Assembly: GCF_018350175.1 (NCBI RefSeq)
Contig: NC_058383.1
Location: forward strand, 1,240,001 to 1,304,000
From: Felis catus
Lineage: Eukaryota
Direction of reading: 5' to 3'
DNA length: 64,000 bases
Shown here: positions 23,480 through 35,064 of the stretch, piece by piece
Numbering within the stretch: position 1 is the stretch's first letter
Layout: each line of letters opens with the position of its first letter
The notes under the pieces: model-generated
Databases searched by the model: none
The model's input: the letters and a program-made list of their open reading frames with translations, nothing else
Told to the model about the DNA's origin: nothing
Translations under genes and position numbers: made by a program

Positions 23480-23605
23480 GGGGCGGGGGTTAGTGTCTGA
23501 TGGGGACAGAGTCTCAGTGTGGGAACATGGAAAGTTGCGGAGATAGACGGTGGTGATGGCTGCACAGCCGGGTGAGCACGCGTGGTGCCCCTGTTCACCT
23601 AAAAC
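23480..23605 (+). mobile_element. Short L1MB-type 3' UTR fragment
   Basis: ATGGGGACAGAGTCTCAGTGTGGGAACATGGAAAGTTGCGGAGATAGACGGTGGTGATGGCTGCACA. Confidence 0.7.
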
Positions 23606-23694
23606 CGTACCTCTGAACGGGTGATTGCAGTAGAACTGGCACCCTTCCCTCCCGTGGCCGTGGCAGAAATTGCTCCCTGGCAGGGCTCGTGTGG

Positions 23695-24040
23695 CAGTCC
23701 CCCCTGCTGCTGTAACCAGTTACCCCAAACTTGGTTAACTCAGCACGACTATTTCCACACAGTTCCGGGGGTCAGAAGTCAAAAGTGAGTCGGCAGGGCC
23801 CAGTTCCTTCTGGAGGCCTTCCTGGCCTCTTCCTGGCCTCTGCTGGCCGCCTATGCTCCTCGGCTTCAGGGCCCTCCCTCCATCTCCAGGGCCGCCCCTG
23901 ACCGCCTGTCTCCTCTTATAAGGTGCCCCAACAGCCCTGACTCACAGCTGCGGAGTCCCCTTTGCCATGTAAGGAGCCCTATTCACGGATTCCAGGGGTT
24001 ACAACGTGGACGCCTTTGGGGCCATTATTGAGCCGCCACG
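23695..24040 (-). mobile_element. MaLR LTR (MLT1D-like)
   Basis: GCTGCTGTAACCAGTTACCCCAAACTTGG...CAGTTCCGGGGGTCAGAAGTC...TTTGCCATGTAAGG...GGGGCCATTATT. Confidence 0.75.
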
Positions 24041-24879
24041 GCTGGGCCTCAGGGTCCTTCCTCCCTCGGTGGTCCGGAAAGCCGCAGGCGACCAGAGCTG
24101 GCCCTGTGCTGAGACCGCATCGCTGCACACATCCATGATGTCCGGCCAGAGGTCACCAGGAGCTGTCCTCGGGACACGGGGCTGCAGGTGAAACTATATT
24201 TTCTCCTGCGTACTTTGGGATTTTCTCATTGCTGCAATGAGCACATACTACGCATACGACGAGCAAGGCGGAGGATAGACGACACGATGGGTCGGGTGAC
24301 AGACGACAGACTGAACGACAAACCGCGGGAGATAGGCCGCAGGCGGCTTTCCTCCCGGCTGTGCTGACGCATCGGCCGTGGCACCAGGTCTTTGGGGTCT
24401 GGCGCCTGGAGCCAAGGGCAGGGCCGGGATAGTGAGCGTGGACTTAGCACTTCTTCCCCCGCAGGTTCCAGGGCAGCAGCAGAGAGAAGGGGTGAGGTCC
24501 GTGTCTGAAAGCCCAGAGCCCAAGGAAGGACAGAGCCGGGCCAAGGCGGGGCCTGAGCGGGGCGCGGGCTCCGTCGTCCTGCCACCTGCTGTCCTAACTC
24601 CCGCAGCACCTGCGGGCGTCCTTCCCGAGAGGCCCAGAGCAGGGTCGAGACTTGCTCGGGCCCACACAGTCCGAAGGGGGCCCGGGGGCCCCTGGGGGAC
24701 AGGTCACTCCCAAGAGGTGGCCCAGGGTGGAGGCAGACACCTTTCAAACAGGGCCAGAGGTCTATTCGGGGCAGCGGTGGGGTGAGCTTCCCCTCCCTGC
24801 GGGGAGCTCGGGGGTCCAGGACCAGCCCCAGAATCCCAGAATGCCCCCAGCCAGCGGCCGCAGGATTCTCCATCTGTCA

Positions 24880-25290
24880 GGAATTCAATTAGGTGGGAGA
24901 GTCCTTATTAATTTTATAGGCTTTGCTGGTCCGGGAGGCTGTGCCAGGGGCGAAATCCGGGGGCCGCCTCTCCCGTCGGAGCCCGGGGTCAGCCCGCAGA
25001 GGCAGCGTGAAGGCACTGGTTGAGGCATTAATGAGATGCCTCTAGGTGCGAATAATAGTTTAATAGGTGTGACTTAACGGGGGGCGCCCTCCCCGTGCTG
25101 CCACGCACCTCCCGCACACCCAGACAGCCCGCCGCGCTGGCCTCCCCGCCTTGTTAGAATAAGTAATTAGAGTGTACGAACACTCACTTTGACACTTTAA
25201 TAAAGTGTCAGCCATCACCAATTTGGTATTTAATAAAATAAAATTAAATATTTATTACGTTTTTGTACGCATTGTATTTAAAACACATTC
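24880..25290. promoter_or_regulatory. Candidate conserved non-coding element cluster
   Basis: Several AT-rich blocks (CAATTAG, TTATTAATT, CATTAATGAG, GTAATTAG) and the inverted repeat TGACACTTT-AAT-AAAGTGTCA near 25190-25210. Confidence 0.5.
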
Positions 25291-28200
25291 GACCCCCACT
25301 CACCACCCCTTCCCGGCCCCCCAAGGGTTTCATCCCAAGGACGCCCCCTTCCCACCTCTCAGGAGCCACCGCGTGGCAGGACTCACGAGGCTGGTAATCC
25401 GAAGGGTGAGGTTGGGGGGGGGGCGCCTGGGGAGGGCGCGGAGGGAAGAGAGGAGCCCCCACAGGAGAGGGAAGCCAACGGGCGACCTCAGACACGCCTC
25501 GGGAGGTTCGAAGACCTCCGTGTTTCCCGCTCCGCCGTCGTCGCTCGGGGCCAGGACCTGTTCCAAAGCGCGTCTCGCCTGCCTCCCCTCCCTTCCAGTC
25601 TGCAGATAGAGGCTCCTCCCCTACTGTCCCCTACTGGCCAGTGGTGCCCGTGCCCCAGCCAGGGCCGCGGACCGGGGCGGGGCGGGGGGGGGGCGGCACA
25701 GACTCCAGGCTCCGAGCCTCCCGGAGACCCCCCGACCCAGCTACCGCCCCCCACAGCGAGCCCCTCCTGAGGGTGCGGCAGGAGGCCTCGGGGTCCCAGT
25801 GCGTGTGGTGGCAAGGCCACCGCTCCCTCCTGAGCTGAAGCCCGCTTTCCCCTCCTCCCGCCCCTGCGCCCCCACCCCCACAGCCCCTGTAGAGGCAGCC
25901 TCTCTCATAAAGTAGTAACAGGTGGAAATGAGGCGGAGGGAGCGGAGACAGGTGGGAGCGGCGTCAGGAAAGCCTCCGTGGCGACTTTCCCGGCAGACAA
26001 GACGGAATCCAAAGCCGAGAGAGTTCAACGGGAGCAGAGGCCGCGTGAGAACCGGCCTAGCCTCCTGGCCACCACCACCCCCGCCCCCCCCACCGGGACC
26101 CGCTGCGGGGAGTCTGCGGTCCGGGCAGCAGCCGAGAAGCCGCAGACCACGGGGCCCCGCGCCCGAAGGGACAACCACCGTTCTGGGAGTGCGCCTGAGA
26201 CACGGCCAGGGGTGTGCCCGGACCCACACCCACGGTGGCCAGAAACTGGAAAGGACCCGATGTCGCGCACCGCGAGTGGGGTACAGGACAGCAAGGGAGC
26301 AGCCCCACCCCCACCCCACGGAGTGTGGAGAGAACATAGGACCCCCCCTCGCAAGCCTCCTAGGTCAGGCCAGCGCCGCCCTGGGAAGGCAGGTGTGAGT
26401 CCTTCCGGGCCCTTCCCATGAGCTGACAGTAAAGCCTTGGCTTGAAGTCCCTCCTCACAGAGGCACCTCGGAGGCGTCCCCTGCAGGGTTGGCCTGGAGG
26501 GCAAGGGGCCCCGCCTCGGGACGCCCCTGCAGAGAAGGGTCCTTAGCTCTGTTCATGGCCCCACGCCTGCCCCACCCCCACCCCGAGCAGGACACCGTCC
26601 AGTCAGCCGCCCGCCCCGAGGGCCGCCTCGCCGTCCCCTTCCCCGCTGGCTCGAGCCTGCCGCTGACCCGGTGCCCTGCGGGACCTCTGCCGCGCCCCCA
26701 CCCACTGAGCTGCGGGCCCCTTGGTGCCTCCGGGGCCAGAGGCCGACCCAGCGCCCGCCGGCCACGCTACAGCCTGCGGCCCAGGGCAAAATCGGAACAC
26801 GCCCCCTGCCGTATGTAGCCTCTTGTACGTCGTTCATCCTGGACTTCGTGCGTTAACCTGGAGTATTGAATACCGGGCCGAGCTCGCTGCGGGTGCGCGT
26901 CCCGACCGCCTCGCGGCTGTCCTGGCGCAGCTAACCCAGCGGCTTCCCCGCCTGCCGGAGCCCCCGAGCGCCGTGCTGCGGACGGTGTCCGGGCCTGGCG
27001 AGGCCGGGCGTGTCAGGGCTGGTCGTGTGACAGACGCGGGGTTCCAAGGGACAGCTGAGCGGAGACCACGGGCACCTGGCGCCCAGCGGGACAGCGGGAA
27101 ACCGCCGCTCCTTCTCCGGCTCTGTGTCTCTCCTCCCCACCTGGGCTGGTAGCTGAGCGCCTGTGGGTTAAATGCCCAGAAGATGGGGCGCCGCTGGGTT
27201 CGCGGACTCGCCCTACTGCGTCCAAAACCAGCACCCCCACCGCTCCCTTCTCTTCTGCCGAAGGCTCGGCCCCCTTTGCACGCAGGGAAACTGAGGCCCC
27301 TCAGGAGACTCCAGGTGCCGGCTCACCCAGGAACAGGTGACAGGCAGGTGACTCCCGCCCAGACCCACCTGTGGGGCCACAGCACCCCTGGTCTTGCTGC
27401 CCCCGCCCCGTGCGATCGCTCGTGGACCTTGCTAACGGGAGGTCAAGGTGGGGGTGGCCTGGGTGCAGCGAGGTCACGCCCAGGCAGGCGAGGCCACGGA
27501 GCCAGGGCGCGGACAGGACGCTGAGGGTGAGCGAGGGCGCATTGCAGCCCTGTTTCCACGGCCACAGGGCGCACCCCCCACAGACAGGACAGCCCCGGAG
27601 GCCAGGCGATCCCAGCTGTCCCTCTGCCCACGCCCCGGGAGCCAGGCCGGGCCAGGGGGCTCTCTCCTGTCCCTCAGCCCCCAGACCCTGCGGGTGCACT
27701 GCCGGACTGAGCCGCATGGTTGGTGTTCGAGGGTCCTCACCTCACAGACTCGTGGCGAACGTTTCCTTGACATGCAGCCCTGCGGCCTTGGCAGGCGTGC
27801 GTGGGCTCTTTCCCGGCCCGACGTGGCACCTGGAGGGTACAGCACCAGGGCCCGCACGGACCCGTCCTCACAGGGGACGAGAACCCAGGTGCAGACTCCC
27901 CCCAAGGCCCCGTAGGCCCAGGCACCGGCCGGTCACCGCGCATTCTAGGATCTGCCCACCACACCCCTCCTCCTGTCCCCGCTGTGCGGCCGAGACAGGG
28001 GTGAGGGTGCGACACCACCAAAGCTGTGGGACCCCCGTGACTCCCCACGCCCGGGAGGGACTGCCCAGGGGTCCAGCCCACGCCCGTCGCCTTGCCTTAA
28101 TGACCCGGAAACCCCAGAATTCTATTTTCCACCTCCAGCCTCCTGCTCGAGACCCCGTCCCTGCAGCCTGTGCTCTGACCCTCTCTCAGGAGCCCCTCTC

Positions 28201-28809
28201 GCACCAGCTCCCTGGACACAGGGCGGGGGACACAGTGACGGCCCCCTCCGGGTGGACAGTGCCGTGCTGGTCAGCAGCTGGGAGGCCTGGGGGGCCGGTG
28301 GCGGCACCAGGCACAGCCCCACTCTTTTGCCCTGCGGAACCTCCCCTCAGCCTCCAAGGTGTCCGCGGATAGTGCTTTGGTACCGGGGGAGCCGGTCCCT
28401 GGAGCAGCCCTCTCGCCGCAGGCATGTCCCTGGGCCCCGTTGCTTGGCAACTGCCCGGCACAACCCTGGCAACCGCCGCCCGGTCTCCGCAAAGGCCTGC
28501 GTTTCCACTGCGTCAGCCCCTCGGCCCCGGGAGCCGGGACGGAGCAGCCCAGGGCAGTGCCAGCCTGCAGCCTCGCCACCCGCTCCCCTCAGGCCGCCAC
28601 TCGCATGTCCGGCCCGAGCACATGGGACCCCGGCCAGAAGGCCCTCCCGTTGGCCCTGCCAGCCGAGGGCAAGAGGGGAGACCACCCGGGTGCTCGCGCC
28701 TCGGTGCTCATGCCCGGCTCTGCCACCATTGCTTTGGGCAGCATGATGGGAGTTTGCAAACTGTAAAGTGCCCGTGTCCCTGTCCCCTTCCTGGCCACCG
28801 TGGAAGCCA

Positions 28810-28960
28810 GCGGTAAATCCCAATCTGCAGAACTGGACAAACAGCCGCAGCTGCATTCGCATCAAAATTGGATGCAGACAGCAATTAGCACTTCATTAAT
28901 AATCAATGAGGTGCCAACTTACACATCGTCCAAGAACAAATTGCAGATTCCGCTTGGCCT
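28810..28960. promoter_or_regulatory. Candidate conserved non-coding element
   Basis: AT-rich island with CAATTAGC, CATTAATAATCAAT and AACAAAT. Confidence 0.4.
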
Positions 28961-30184
28961 GTGACAGGGAGGGCTGTGGTGCCAGCCCTGCCAGAGAGTT
29001 CCAGAAGTGACAGAGAGGGGCAGCTGGGGCCCTTTGCCTCTCGCCGCCCCCCCCCCCCGACAGAGGCGGGAGGGGAACGGATGAACGAGCTCCCACCTGA
29101 GCAGGTGCCCACAGCCGGCGGTGGGGGTGGGGAGGGGGAGAGGGCAACGTGGCTGCCGGTGGCCACCGCCCCAGTGACTCGCTCCTTCCAAGAGTTTCTG
29201 GAGGGTCTGTTCCACGTGGGCAGGTGGAGAAATGGGACCCGCTGTTTGTCCCGTGGCTCTCATGGGGAAAGCGGGACCTTTACCGAGTATTTGCCGTATA
29301 CGTGCCGTGCATCACATTTCAGTCCATTTTGTAGGCAAGGAAGCCAGACAAACAGAGGGCAGCAGGCCTGAGCTTGGCCCCCTGGCTCCACACACAGAGA
29401 CCCAGAGATCCCGCGTGCACCACGACGGCCCTCACTTTTTGTCCCCATTACCCTGTGAGCATCTCTGTTTAAAAAACCCCTTTCCCGTGGTCTCGGTCAG
29501 TCAAGGAGGGCTCCCTGGAGGAAGAGGAGACCAATTCAAAGCACTGCTTTTACCTTTTTCCTCCCCCCAGACCAGGCCTTTGGCACTGCTGTCCCCTACT
29601 AGCCAGAGGCACCCCCACCCCACCACCCCTTCACCCATTGTCATTTGTCTGGGGCACAGAGTGCTTGCTCTGGTTGGCTGGAGGGCACCCCGGGGGCAGC
29701 CTCAGAACTGGCATGCAGCAGGTGCTTGGGAAATGGGGAAAGACACTAGGTGGAGGACGGAGGCCAAGAACAGACCCGCAGGGGAATATCGGCAGAGGGA
29801 AGAGGCCGTGCAAAGGCCCTGAGGTGGGACTGGAGGGGACACAAGGGCACTTTGGCTCGGGGATCAAAGTGGAGGGCTCCTTGTGGAGAGGGAAGGTGGA
29901 GAAGGATGTCTGGATTTAACTCTGGGACAGAGGATGTGGCCCGGCATCCGCCAGCCGCCGTGTGGTTGCTTCGGAGGGGACGTGGGCAGTGGCGTGGAGG
30001 GAGTCTGAGGGCCACAGGGGGTGGGGCTGAGGGCAGCTCCAGTGAAGGTAGGGCCACGGGGGAGTGGCTGTGCCTGTCGCCGGACAGCATAAGGAGACTC
30101 CCAGCGGGGGCCACGCAGAGCTTCTCCGGTTCCACCCAGGGCCGGCCTCCTTGCCCGCCTCCCGCCTGCACCCGCCACCCTCAC

Positions 30185-30510
30185 CATGAGATTGAATTTA
30201 CAACGGACTCCAACACATTTAAATCCATTTATTGCAAAATTACTTTTCAATAATTACATCACCGTGCCGACTGTGTTGCATAATGAAATTAGCATGAGGG
30301 ATATTAGAGAGAATATAAAATTATAAGAAATATTGAAATACCTCTTCCCCGTCTGTCTTCATGAGGCCCCATAGCTTAACTGGGGAGCGGGCGTGCGTCA
30401 TGGATGGGATTGGGATGCACAGGGTGTAATTTTATAATGTCTTTTGTATAAATTAATTATAATAGTTATTGCAGGTTTTATTATTGGATTGAAATTTCCC
30501 TTGACTGAAG
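30185..30510. promoter_or_regulatory. Candidate conserved non-coding element
   Basis: Strongly AT-rich; TGCATAATGAAATTAGCAT contains TAAT-N3-ATTA (30281-30291); TTTATT and TAATTA clusters. Confidence 0.55.
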
Positions 30511-33500
30511 GCTGTCAGGGGAGAATGGGACCCCGGCTAGTGCCTCTGAGTCCCCTGGGGCCACAGAATGGGGGGGGGGGGTGGGCAAAGGGCAGGCCTA
30601 GGCTTTAGGGTCACGCAGAAAAGAGTTCAAATTTGGCCGTGCTGTGTGTCTTCAGTCAAGCAAGCTAGCTTCTCTGGGCCTAGGCTTCCCTCAGCCATCA
30701 AGGAAAACCCTGCCGTGAACGCAGGTGCATTGCTGGAGGCCGGAGTGAGCACGTGCCGACTGCTGGGTGCATGTTGGTGTGGCAGGTATCTGTCACCGCA
30801 CGGCAGACAGATCCCAAACGTGGTGGCTTAACACGGCCGTGATGTCGCTTGTCACTGGCAATGTCCGGGGTAAGGAACTTGGGGGAGGCTTGGTTAGAGG
30901 TGCCGGCTCAGGGCCTCGCAGGAGAGTCGTCTGAAGGCTCGACTGGGGTGGGAGACACCCCCCGCCCCCCCGCCCCTGCCTGACAGTGGCCCACAGGTCA
31001 GTCCTCACCGGCCAGCCCTAATCCGTCCTGGGAGGGGCTTCACCAAGGTATAAAGACGCGGAGGCCGGGGTCACTGGAGCCGCCTTCTCCCCCCCCGAGA
31101 TTTCGTGGGGCGGGTGCCACACAGGCCAGGGTGTGTGACCCCAAGAAGACCTGCGTTCTTGTCCCGCTGCCAGGTGGGGAGCCTGGGGCGGCTTTCTCGT
31201 GCCCACAGCCCTGTCTGCAGAACCCAGCGCCAGTGAGCCCTGGAGGGGCCTGGGCAGAACCGGGGCGTTGCTTCGGCTCCCGTGTCGCCAGAGCCACTGG
31301 CCGAGTGCATCCCTCCCGGCCACAGCCGTGGTGACCGGGCCCTCGCACACTCCTCACACACACGCGCGCATGCCTGCCACCCCGCGAAGACCAAGTGTGC
31401 CTTCTGGGCGGGAACGGGGTCAGGCTGCCCTCTGCCAGCCAGGACCTGGGGTCAGACAGCTGGGCCGGCTGAGGCCTGGGCCACCGGGGGAGCCATGTGC
31501 CCACCGGCCGCTCCAGAACAGGTGTGGGTGCCCAGCGGGCCCCGGGTCCTCTCTGGGGGCCTCTGTGACTTCCCAAGATCACGAGGAGTCGAGGGGACAC
31601 AGGGAATCGTGAAAGGAACTTGGGGACCACGCGTGCCCAGCGCCCCTCCTGAGTCTCGGTCAGCTGGACTTACGATGTTCTCGCTGACGGAGGCACGTGA
31701 GCGAGACAGTCTGGGGCGAGGCGGGTGTGCCCTGTGCCCGGGGCAGGTGCAAGTGGCTTGCTTCCAGACCGCCGGGGTGCCTGGGGCTCCGTGGTTGAGC
31801 GTGGGCCCGGCTGTGCTTGCAGCCACGTGAACGCCCCCAGCCATCCTTTCCGACCTGCAGATGCCACATTTCCCCAGGGCACACGTGCACCTGTGGCGTG
31901 GAGGAGAACTCGGCCATTTCCACAGGACTCGGTCGAGTGAAGGAAAGCGAGGGGGCCTGGCGGTGAGGAAGGAGACGACCCCCGTCCCGTGGCATCAAAG
32001 CCAAGTTCTCTGAGCTTTAGGCGCTGCTGGACCAGGACGGGGCAGGGGAGGAAACCGGTCACTCTCTCACGGGCCCTGAATTCAGCGTAGGGGTCCGGGG
32101 TGACCATCGTGGGGGGAGGGTCCCTGCAGCATGGTGGCAGCAGAGGGACCGAGGAGAAGCTGTCCGAGGTGGGCGGGGGAGGGGCTGGCCCTGCCGCGTG
32201 TGGGAACAGACCCCTGGAGCCCAGAGCGAGCTCTCAACGTGACGACGGTTCCCTCCTGGCCTCCTGTGCCGAGCACCCCAGCCGGGCCGGGGTTTGGGGT
32301 CTTCCAGGAGGGGCCGGCCTCCATCTGGGCAAAGGGTTCTGGTGGGGCCCGTGTCAGGGGAGGGCAGAGGGGAGGGAGGAGCGGACCAGGAGCCCCCCGG
32401 CACCGGAGGGGGCAGAGGCAGCAGGCAACTGGACTGCAGCCACCTCAACCTCCCCCATGGCTCGAAGGGGAAGGGGGGAGGTGGGCAGGCTGCGGGCAGG
32501 GCCTGCAGGGAGCCCCAAGCTGGCCCCACACCGCTCTCCCCACTGCCGGCCTGCCAGCCCGGAGCCAACCTCCCTCCCTGCCAGCCTCCCAACTTCCGTT
32601 CCCCAAACCCACTGTGTGCCAAGTGCTGGTCTCCAGGCCTGGCCCTGCCCTCACGGAGCCCCGGCTGTCCCTAAGGCAGGGGCAACACCGGAAGACTTCC
32701 TGTAGGAGGTGACGTTCCAGCTGGCCCTGGGGAGAGCCGACCAATAACAGGTGCAGGCGTTGCCCCTTCCAGCATTTTCCAGAGAAACCAGGGGTGGGCG
32801 CTCCTTCTGCCTCTGCACAGCGTGTGACCTGAGAGACTCAACAGACACCCACGTGTGATCTCAGGTCCCCGTGGGCCAGGGGCGGGCACGGCTCACCTGG
32901 GTGCTGCTCGGGGTCACGGAGGCCCCACCGCCGTGGACTGTTTCTGGCCCACTCGGGTTGTGGGCCGCACGTATTGTGTCACAGGTGTGGGGCTGAGGGC
33001 CCCGCGGCTTTACTGAGGCTACACTCAGGTCCAGGGTCGGGGGAGACGACGCCCACGGTTCCCTGCCCCGTGGCCTCCTCGTAGCACAGCAGTTTCTTCA
33101 CAGCCAGCAGGACAAGCAGTCGTGCAGCCACACAAGACAGGACCTAACCTGGGGGTGGTACCCTCACCCTGGCCATTCAGGATCAAGTCACAGCCCCACC
33201 CACACTCAGCAGGGGGGATGGGGGGGCCTGGCCCAGGTCACAGGGCGAGGGAGGGGTGGAGCCCTCCCGTTGCCTCTCCGGGTGGGAGTAGGGCAGGCGC
33301 GAGAACAGGGGTGCTCAAAGGGTAGAAACCGCGGGCAGGGGCTGACCACAGTCCGGAGGAACGGGGGTGGCTGGGCCCTCAGGGGCTCCCCGGCCCAGGG
33401 ACAGACACAGAGCGGGAGGGATCACGACACCAGCCCCCGCGTCCGGCAGGGACGGGTCCGCCTCGGCGCCGTGGTTCTTCGCACGTCCTCGCGAGAGCCG

Positions 33501-33514
33501 CTCTGAGCGCGGCC

Positions 33515-33780
33515 CAATTTATTAATGAGGACGGGGTGGCGGCTCGTGGCAGCCAGCGCCGGCCGGTCCCGATCGATGGGGGCTCCGGTAACCGGGTGGT
33601 CAGCCTTGCTGTGTCTGGAGCCTGATTGCAGGACGTGCACTTGCGAGGGGCCCTCGCTCCCAAGTGCACCCCGGGAGCCAGGGTTAATTGATGCAGCTGT
33701 TTGCTCCCCGCCCACGCGGCTTCTGGGAGTCCCCTGAGGTTGTTACTCACGTAAAGTGTTTAATGAAGTGCTAAGGAGAC
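33515..33780. promoter_or_regulatory. Candidate regulatory element
   Basis: Isolated homeobox-type motifs (AATTTATTAATGAG, GTTAATTGATG, TTTAATGA) in CpG-rich sequence. Confidence 0.35.
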
Positions 33781-34294
33781 CCTTCGCCAAGATTGCTCCC
33801 AGAATCCGAAGAATCCAACAGACGATTCCTCTCCAAGCCGCGGGACCGCCCCCCACGCCCCGGGAGGACGGTGGAGGAGCCCGGAGCTCGGCCTGTCACC
33901 CCTGCCCACCGGCACCTGCCCGCGGGCCTGCCTGGCCTCCCCTCCCCAGGTCCAGGCCCCAGACGTGGTTCTGCGCGTGGGCGCCGAGGACCCTGCCCTG
34001 GGTGGGTGCGGGCAATCGCGCTTCTGCGCTTGGCCGCTTCTGGCCCCCGTCCGCAGCTGCCCTCCCCGGGCGGGCCTCCAGCACTGGCTCCCCAGACTGA
34101 TCGCACAGAAGCCCACTCCAGGGTCCACCCCCAGACCCGGCGGTCTGAGCCTGCAGGCCCAGGGGCCCGGCCCTCCGCGCTCCCCTTTCTCTGCCGATCT
34201 GTCTGTTGCGTGGCTGACGCGTTCACGAAGCTTACGACTTTTAGAGCAGAGAAGGGTCTGTGTCTCACTTACGAGTCCACCCGGAAGAGGCAAA

Positions 34295-34430
34295 TGGCTT
34301 TTTATAAGGTTTTCGCCGTGACCAGGGGCTGGAAACCACCAAGCATCCACCACAGGAGAATGGATAAGGACACTGAGGTGCGGTCACACAGTGGAATACC
34401 ACACGGCCATGAAAAGCAGCTGGGGCAGCG
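34295..34430 (+). mobile_element. L1ME-like 3' fragment
   Basis: CTGGAAACCACCAAGCATCCACCACAGGAGAATGGATAAG...CACAGTGGAATACCACACGGCCATGAAAA. Confidence 0.6.
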
Positions 34431-35064
34431 GACGGGCTGCTGAGTCACGGGGAGAGAGCACGGCGTGTGGTCCTGTGCCGGAAGTCATCGTAGCCCCACA
34501 GCGGAACCTGCAGCCACGCGAGCCCGGCCAGCCCAGGGCCCCCGCCCCCGCCCCGCAGCCCCGCTGCCTGTCCCAAGATGGCCAGACCCGAGCGTGTGCA
34601 AGCATGAGCCCATGACATGTGCTCACTCGCAGCTCTCACACAAGAGGGAGCCAGATGGTAAACTGAGTCAAGGAACAAAGGCACAGAGATTCATAAGTGA
34701 GGCAGGACCAAAGGGAGGAAATCCTACAGGCCGTCTGGGAACAGTACGTTTCCCACGGTCCGGCAGCAGGAGGCTCACGGGAGGTCGGTTGTGGCCGGCC
34801 AGCGAAAACTCATTTCGCATCACTCATGGGTTTTCCAGAAAACCTTGAAAGTTCCACTGCGGATCATACACAGCAGACATCTCCAGCCACGACTGCCAGG
34901 ATCCAGTGCTGGCCGTGAGACCTGCGAGGCCCAGAGCAAAATGAAAACGCAGGACCCTTGGTCACAAGGCAGTAGAAGCTGCCGTTGGAGGCCCTGATAT
35001 AGACTCTGCACCCTTTCCACGGCCTCTCTGTCCCCTGGCCGGAGACCCTCGCCACAGCAACACA

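Noticed and set aside
24225..24241. Palindrome CTCATTGC-T-GCAATGAG
   Set aside because: About one 8-bp-arm palindrome with a given spacer is expected by chance in 64 kb, and it lies in probable decayed repeat sequence
27371..28372. 333-aa ORF
   Set aside because: Pro/Arg/Gly/Ala-rich GC artefact with overlapping ORFs in several frames; no recognisable homology
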